Source of the DNA: Chloroflexota bacterium
GTDB taxonomy: Bacteria; Chloroflexota; Dehalococcoidia; Lucifugimonadales; UBA3495
Direction: 5' to 3'
NCBI GenBank assembly: GCA_027623675.1
Contig: JAQBVF010000003.1
Span: forward strand, 64,001-128,000
DNA: 64,000 bases
The position numbers were made by a program, and so were the translations under genes. The notes beneath the pieces were generated by a model. The model was not told where the DNA came from and did no database searches. It saw only the letters and a program-made list of their open reading frames with translations. Numbering within the stretch: the stretch's first letter is position 1; every line of letters starts with the position of its first letter. Below, piece by piece: positions 58,937-64,000 of the stretch.

Positions 58937-61453
58937 ATGGCTACAACCAAAGACGGCATCAAGAAGATTAACCTCCCCGTCGAGGGCATGACCTGCGCCG
59001 CCTGCGTGGGCCACGTGGAGAACGCCCTGAACGGCGTTCCCGGCATGGTCCACGCCTCGGTCAACCTGGGCACCGAGAAAGCTTCGGTGGAGTTCGATTC
59101 CTCCAAGGTGTCCATCGTGCAGTTGCAGGAGGCCGTTTCCAGCGCCGGATACAAGCTGGGCACCCAATCGGCCTCGCTGAACATCGGAGGCATGACCTGT
59201 GCCGCCTGCGTGGGCCACGTGGAAAACGCCCTGCTGGGCGTGCCGGGAGTATCCCACGCTAGCGTGAACCTGGGCGTGGAAAGAGCATCGGTGGAGTTCA
59301 TGCCTGGCATGGTGGAACTTTCCGATCTGCAGAAAGCGGTGGAGGACTCCGGTTACCGGGTCGAGGGCTTCAACGACGCCGGAGGCCAAGAACGGGAGCT
59401 GGAACGCCTTTCCAAGGCGAAAGAGATACGGGAACTTCGTAGCCGTCTGATCGTGGCTGGTGGCGGAGCCATCTTGTTGTTCCTGGGCACTTTTGACGCC
59501 CTGCCCTGGGTTTCCAAGTTCATGGGGCAAGGATACTATCCCTTCCTGCTCTGGGCGTTGGCTACGCCGGTGCAATTCTGGGCTGGTTCAAATTTCTACA
59601 CCTCTGGCCTGGGGGCACTGAAACACGGCACGTCCAACATGCACACCCTCATCGCCATGGGCACCTCGGTGGCCTATGGTTATAGCGTGGCGGTGGTGTT
59701 GCTAAACGCATTCTCGCCGGGCGTGCTGGCGGACAATGGAATTGAGGCCAAGGTCTACTTTGACACTGCGGCAATCATCGTGGCGCTGATCCTATTGGGC
59801 CGCTTCCTGGAGGCCGGCGCCAGGGGCCGCACCTCGGAGGCCATCAGGCGTCTGATCGGGATGCGCCCCATCTCGGCGCGGGTGGTCCGTGACGGTGAAG
59901 AAGTGGACATACCTGTCGACCAGGTCGTTCCCGGAGACGTGGTGATGGTTCGCCCCGGAGAGAAGATTCCGGTGGATGGCATGGTCACCGACGGCTATTC
60001 GGCGGTGGACGAGTCCATGCTCACCGGCGAAAGCATGCCCGTTGAGAAGAGCCCTGGTCAGCGGGTCTACGGCGCAACCATAAACTCCAATGGCGCCATG
60101 TATTTCGAGGCCACCCAGGTGGGCGGCGAGACTGTCCTGGCCCAGATCATCCGCCTGGTCGAGGAAGCCCAGGGCTCTAAAGCGCCCATCCAGCGGCTGG
60201 CCGACCAGGTCGCGTCCTACTTCGTCCCGGCAGTCATTGTCGTTTCCCTGGCGGCGTTCCTGTTTTGGATGCTGCTGGGTCCGGCCCCGGCGTTGACCTT
60301 CGCCACCCTGGTGCTGGTGTCGGTCCTAATCATCGCCTGCCCCTGCGCCCTGGGCTTGGCTACGCCCACGGCCATCATAGTGGGAACCGGCAAGGGAGCG
60401 GAAAGTGGGGTACTGATCAAGCAGGCGCAGGCCCTGGAGATCGCTCATAAGGTTGATACAGTGGTCCTGGACAAGACGGGCACCCTCACCACCGGAAAGC
60501 CCGTGGTTACCGACCTGATCGCCTCTGGCGGCTCCGAGCTGGAGCTATTGTCCCTGGCGGCTTCGGCGGAGCGCGGTTCTGAGCACCCACTGGGCGAGGC
60601 CATCGTGATCGAAGCCCAGAACCGGGGTCTTGAGCTTGCCGCGGTGTCAGGGTTCCAGGCGATCCCCGGCAGGGGCATATCGGCCCAGGTGGACGGCCGG
60701 ACGGTCCGGTTCGGGAACCAGCTATTGATGGAAGAGGCCGGAGTATCTTTGGAAGGCCTGCTTGAGAAGGCGTCGGCGCTGGCGGCAGAGGGCAAGACTC
60801 CCATGTACCTGGCTGCGGACGACGTGGCGATGGGGCTGATCGCAGTGGCCGATACGGTGAAACCCGAGGCGTATGAGGGGTTGGCCAAACTGCGGAGGAT
60901 GGGACTTGACGTGGTTATGCTGACCGGCGACAACGCCAAGACGGCCCACGCCATCGCCATTCAACTGGGCGTGGACCGGGTCGAGGCCGAGGTACTGCCC
61001 CAAGATAAAGCGGCGGTGGTCAAGCGGCTCCAGGAGGAAGGCCGGGTGGTGGCCATGGTGGGCGACGGCATCAACGACGCCCCGGCGCTGGCCCAGGCGG
61101 ACGTGGGAATGGCCATGGCCAGCGGCACGGACGTGGCCATGGAGTCGGCTGACATAACGCTGATGCGCAGCGACGTCAACGGCGTGGCGATGGCTTTGGA
61201 GCTGAGCCGGCAGACCATCCGCACCATCAAACAGAACCTGTTCTGGGCGTTCTTCTATAACGTGATGCTGATTCCCGTGGCGGCCGGGGCGTTGTACCCT
61301 GTATTCCAGGGACTTGGCGGCGTACCGGGCGGCCTGAACTTCTTCTTCGGTGAGCAGGGCTTCTTGAATCCGGCCCTAGCTGCGTTGGCCATGGCTTTCA
61401 GCTCGGTTACGGTGGTCACAAACTCACTGAGATTACGGCATGCTAAGGTCTAA
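58937..61453 (+). CDS. copA: Cu(I)-translocating P1B-type ATPase
   Basis: Two GMTCAAC domains, [22 protein letters not shown] and MAFSS. Confidence 0.96.
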   Translation: MATTKDGIKKINLPVEGMTCAACVGHVENALNGVPGMVHASVNLGTEKASVEFDSSKVSIVQLQEAVSSAGYKLGTQSASLNIGGMTCAACVGHVENALLGVPGVSHASVNLGVERASVEFMPGMVELSDLQKAVEDSGYRVEGFNDAGGQERELERLSKAKEIRELRSRLIVAGGGAILLFLGTFDALPWVSKFMGQGYYPFLLWALATPVQFWAGSNFYTSGLGALKHGTSNMHTLIAMGTSVAYGYSVAVVLLNAFSPGVLADNGIEAKVYFDTAAIIVALILLGRFLEAGARGRTSEAIRRLIGMRPISARVVRDGEEVDIPVDQVVPGDVVMVRPGEKIPVDGMVTDGYSAVDESMLTGESMPVEKSPGQRVYGATINSNGAMYFEATQVGGETVLAQIIRLVEEAQGSKAPIQRLADQVASYFVPAVIVVSLAAFLFWMLLGPAPALTFATLVLVSVLIIACPCALGLATPTAIIVGTGKGAESGVLIKQAQALEIAHKVDTVVLDKTGTLTTGKPVVTDLIASGGSELELLSLAASAERGSEHPLGEAIVIEAQNRGLELAAVSGFQAIPGRGISAQVDGRTVRFGNQLLMEEAGVSLEGLLEKASALAAEGKTPMYLAADDVAMGLIAVADTVKPEAYEGLAKLRRMGLDVVMLTGDNAKTAHAIAIQLGVDRVEAEVLPQDKAAVVKRLQEEGRVVAMVGDGINDAPALAQADVGMAMASGTDVAMESADITLMRSDVNGVAMALELSRQTIRTIKQNLFWAFFYNVMLIPVAAGALYPVFQGLGGVPGGLNFFFGEQGFLNPALAALAMAFSSVTVVTNSLRLRHAKV

Positions 61454-61523
61454 CAAGATATCTAAAGCGTCTGATCGCGCATCAAACAACGGGACTTAAA
61501 CGGAGATTTTGGAGGAAAGGAAA

Positions 61524-61829
61524 ATGGCTACAGCGATCGACCCGATCTGCCAGATGGAAGTGGACACCGAGAACCCGCCGGGCGGCCAGAGCGAATACGC
61601 AGGCGCCACGTACTACTTCTGCGCTCCCGGTTGCAAGGTGGCCTTCGATAAAGAGCCGGAGAAGTACGCTGGCGGGGCCGAGTCTGAAGGAGATGACCAC
61701 GGCCACGGCCACGATCACGGTGATCATGGCCACAGTCACGGCCATCACATGCCCGAGAACCAACCTGAGATGAAACCGGCGGCGGCAAGCAGGCCGGGGT
61801 TCTTTGCCCGCCTCTTCGGCAAGAAGTAG
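61524..61829 (+). CDS. YHS/TRASH domain protein with His-rich tail
   Basis: DPICQM...YYFCAPGC...F; HGHGHDHGDHGHSHGHH. Confidence 0.85.
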   Translation: MATAIDPICQMEVDTENPPGGQSEYAGATYYFCAPGCKVAFDKEPEKYAGGAESEGDDHGHGHDHGDHGHSHGHHMPENQPEMKPAAASRPGFFARLFGKK

Positions 61830-61902
61830 CGGCCGGCCGTCCTTCGGGGAGTCTCGTTTTCACGTGGGGCTTTGCCCTAAAATCGTCATCCAGACGGGGA
61901 AC

Positions 61903-62127
61903 ATGGGTCATCCGGGTAGCGTGCTGACTGCCTGTCATTCTTTGCCTGACTTCAAGGTTGCCATCGTTCCGCGGGACCGGCAGTTGGTCTCCTATCGGCG
62001 ACGGGATTCCTCGCTTCACTCGGAATGACCGAGGCGGCCGGAATGACATACGTGGCCGGGGAATGACCGAGGCGGCCGGAATGACAGGCGTGGCGGCATC
62101 CACCCAGCACACTGGAGGATGACGCAT
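61903..62127 (+). mobile_element. REPIN/MITE-like element, copy 4 (internally deleted)
   Basis: AACATGGGTCATCC / GGATGACGCATGTT ends; four GGAATGAC units from 62022. Confidence 0.78.
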
Positions 62128-62241
62128 GTTACTTGCACCGGTCAGGCTGAGGGGGAGGAGATTGTTCCTCAGAATAACCCGGTGTTGTACGACCGTTGAT
62201 GGGGCAGGATGCCAACGAGGGCTTGGCCTGACGTTGCGGCC

Positions 62242-63999
62242 TTAGGCTGTGGCCCCGTGACAGCGTTTGTATTTCTTGCCGCTGCCGCAGGGGCATGCGG
62301 CGTTTCGGCCAATCTTTCCAGCCTTGCCCAACGGCGCCGTGCCGCGGTTCTTGTCATTGACCGCCTGCATGGGGCTGATCGGGGCGGCTGCCTGGCGGCG
62401 TGTCCCCGGAGCGGTCTGCTCGGTCAAAACGGCGTGGAAGACCGTGCGGATAACCTCGTTCTCGATACCCGCCTGCAGGTCGGAGAACATCTTGTGGCCC
62501 TCTGCGCGGTAGACGACCAACGGGTCGCGCTGACCGTAGGCTTGCAGTCCGACACCGGTCCTCAGGTTCTCCATGCTGGTCAGGTGCTGGACCCAGTGGT
62601 TGTCGATGGCCCGCAGCAGCAATAGCTTCTCCACGGTGCGCATCTGCTCTTCGCCCAGCTCCTCTTCCCTGGCCTGGTAGATGGTCTCGGCGTATTCGTC
62701 CAGTATCTCCGTTATCTGTTCCCGCCCCCATTCGTAGACTTGGTCCTCGGTGGCCAGTTCTGGCGGCACGGGGCAGATCTGGCTGATCTCGGAGATCAGC
62801 TCGGTGGGATTCCAGTCATCGACGTGTTTCCCGGGCAGGTAGGTGGCGGCCCTTTCGGCGAAGGTCCGGCGCAGCATATTGACGAATTTGTCCCTTAGGG
62901 ACTCGCCGGACAAGGCCTGATGCCGGTCCTTGTAGATGATTTCCCGCTGATTGTTAAGGACATCGTCGTATTCCAGCAGGTGCTTGCGCATGTCGAAGTG
63001 GTAGCCTTCCACCTTGATCTGAGCGCTGCCGATGGACTTGGTGATGATCCGGTTCTCCACCGGGGTGTCTTCGTCCAGGCCCGTCCAGCTCATCACCGTC
63101 TTGATGCGGTCGCCGCCGAACCGCTGCATCAGATCGTCTTCCAGGGATACGTAGAACTGGGAGATGCCCGGGTCGCCTTGACGTCCGGCGCGGCCTCGTA
63201 GCTGGTTGTCGATGCGCCGGGCGTCGTGGTGCTCGGTGCCGAGAACGTGGAGACCGCCCAGGCTGATCACCTGGTCGTGTTCTTCCTTCCAGCCTTCGCG
63301 GTCGGTGTCGGCGCCGCCGAGCACGATGTCGGTGCCGCGACCGGCCATATTGGTGGACACGGTCACCGAACCCAAGCGGCCGGCCTGGGCGACGATGCTG
63401 GCCTCATGTTGGTGGTTCTTGGCGTTCAACACCTGGTGGGGAACGCCCCGATTCTTGAGGCGGTCGCTCAGGTACTCAGAATCTTCGACCGCCGTTGTTC
63501 CGACCAGTACGGGGATATTTTGTTCGTGCAATCTGGCGATGTCTTCCGTGACGACGTTCCACTTTCCGTCCTCAGTCTGGAATACCAGGTCTGAACGGTC
63601 TTCCCGGCGCATGGGCAGGTTGGTGGGCACCGCCACGACCTCCAGCCCGTAAATCTTGTAGAACTCGTCCGACTCTGTAAGCGCGGTGCCGGTCATTCCA
63701 GCCAGCTTATCGTAGAGGCGGAAGTAGTTCTGTAGGGTGATCGTTGCGTAGGTGATGCTCTCGCGCTGGATCTTGATGCCTTCTTTGGCTTCCACCGCCT
63801 GGTGCAGCCCGTCGGACCAGCGCCGGCCCGGCTGGAGACGCCCGGTATACTCATCAACGATGATTACCTCGCCGTCCTGGACCACGTAATCCCGGTCGCG
63901 GATCTTGGATATTTCAGCGGTGAGGGCGTTCTCCATGTAGTGGACCTGGTGGTAATTCTCCGGGTCGTAGAGGTTGGCGGTGTTGGTCCACTGCTCCAT
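62242..63999 (-). CDS. secA: Preprotein translocase SecA (5' part outside the window)
   Basis: IVDEYTGR, GLHQAVEAKE, TNMAGRGTDI, RIDNQLRGRAGRQGDPG, SEC-C motif CPCGSGKKYKRCHG. Confidence 0.97.
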   Translation of the reverse strand: MEQWTNTANLYDPENYHQVHYMENALTAEISKIRDRDYVVQDGEVIIVDEYTGRLQPGRRWSDGLHQAVEAKEGIKIQRESITYATITLQNYFRLYDKLAGMTGTALTESDEFYKIYGLEVVAVPTNLPMRREDRSDLVFQTEDGKWNVVTEDIARLHEQNIPVLVGTTAVEDSEYLSDRLKNRGVPHQVLNAKNHQHEASIVAQAGRLGSVTVSTNMAGRGTDIVLGGADTDREGWKEEHDQVISLGGLHVLGTEHHDARRIDNQLRGRAGRQGDPGISQFYVSLEDDLMQRFGGDRIKTVMSWTGLDEDTPVENRIITKSIGSAQIKVEGYHFDMRKHLLEYDDVLNNQREIIYKDRHQALSGESLRDKFVNMLRRTFAERAATYLPGKHVDDWNPTELISEISQICPVPPELATEDQVYEWGREQITEILDEYAETIYQAREEELGEEQMRTVEKLLLLRAIDNHWVQHLTSMENLRTGVGLQAYGQRDPLVVYRAEGHKMFSDLQAGIENEVIRTVFHAVLTEQTAPGTRRQAAAPISPMQAVNDKNRGTAPLGKAGKIGRNAACPCGSGKKYKRCHGATA

Positions 64000-64000
64000 C

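Overview
High-GC bacterial chromosomal segment with about 62 CDSs. I found no rRNA, tRNA, CRISPR array, prophage or transposase. The gene mix (three luciferase-like monooxygenases, three GMC oxidoreductases, CoA-transferase, cyclase, amidase, Mo-enzymes, comDE, thiXYZ, trpA-aroH-aroF, csoR-copA, secA) suggests Chloroflexota/Dehalococcoidia, probably SAR202-like; this is an inference. Signals the ORF track misses or does not explain: (1) a probable selenoprotein, a glutaredoxin (UxxC)-DinB fusion with an in-frame TGA and a SECIS-like hairpin (21700-22461); (2) two tandem sibling small-RNA-like units with identical promoter hexamers, a shared CTCCTATCTCC motif and terminator hairpins (7882-8190); (3) four copies of a nested palindromic REPIN/MITE-like element with variable 18-bp tandem arrays, all between convergent genes, one with an internal micro-inversion; (4) a flavin-dependent halogenase with a C-terminal PqqD/RRE-like domain; (5) a CsoR/CstR-type operator in the promoter of a CstB-like gene within a sulfur/Mo neighbourhood; (6) a TPP riboswitch upstream of thiZXY. 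All calls come from reading motifs by eye; no searches were run.
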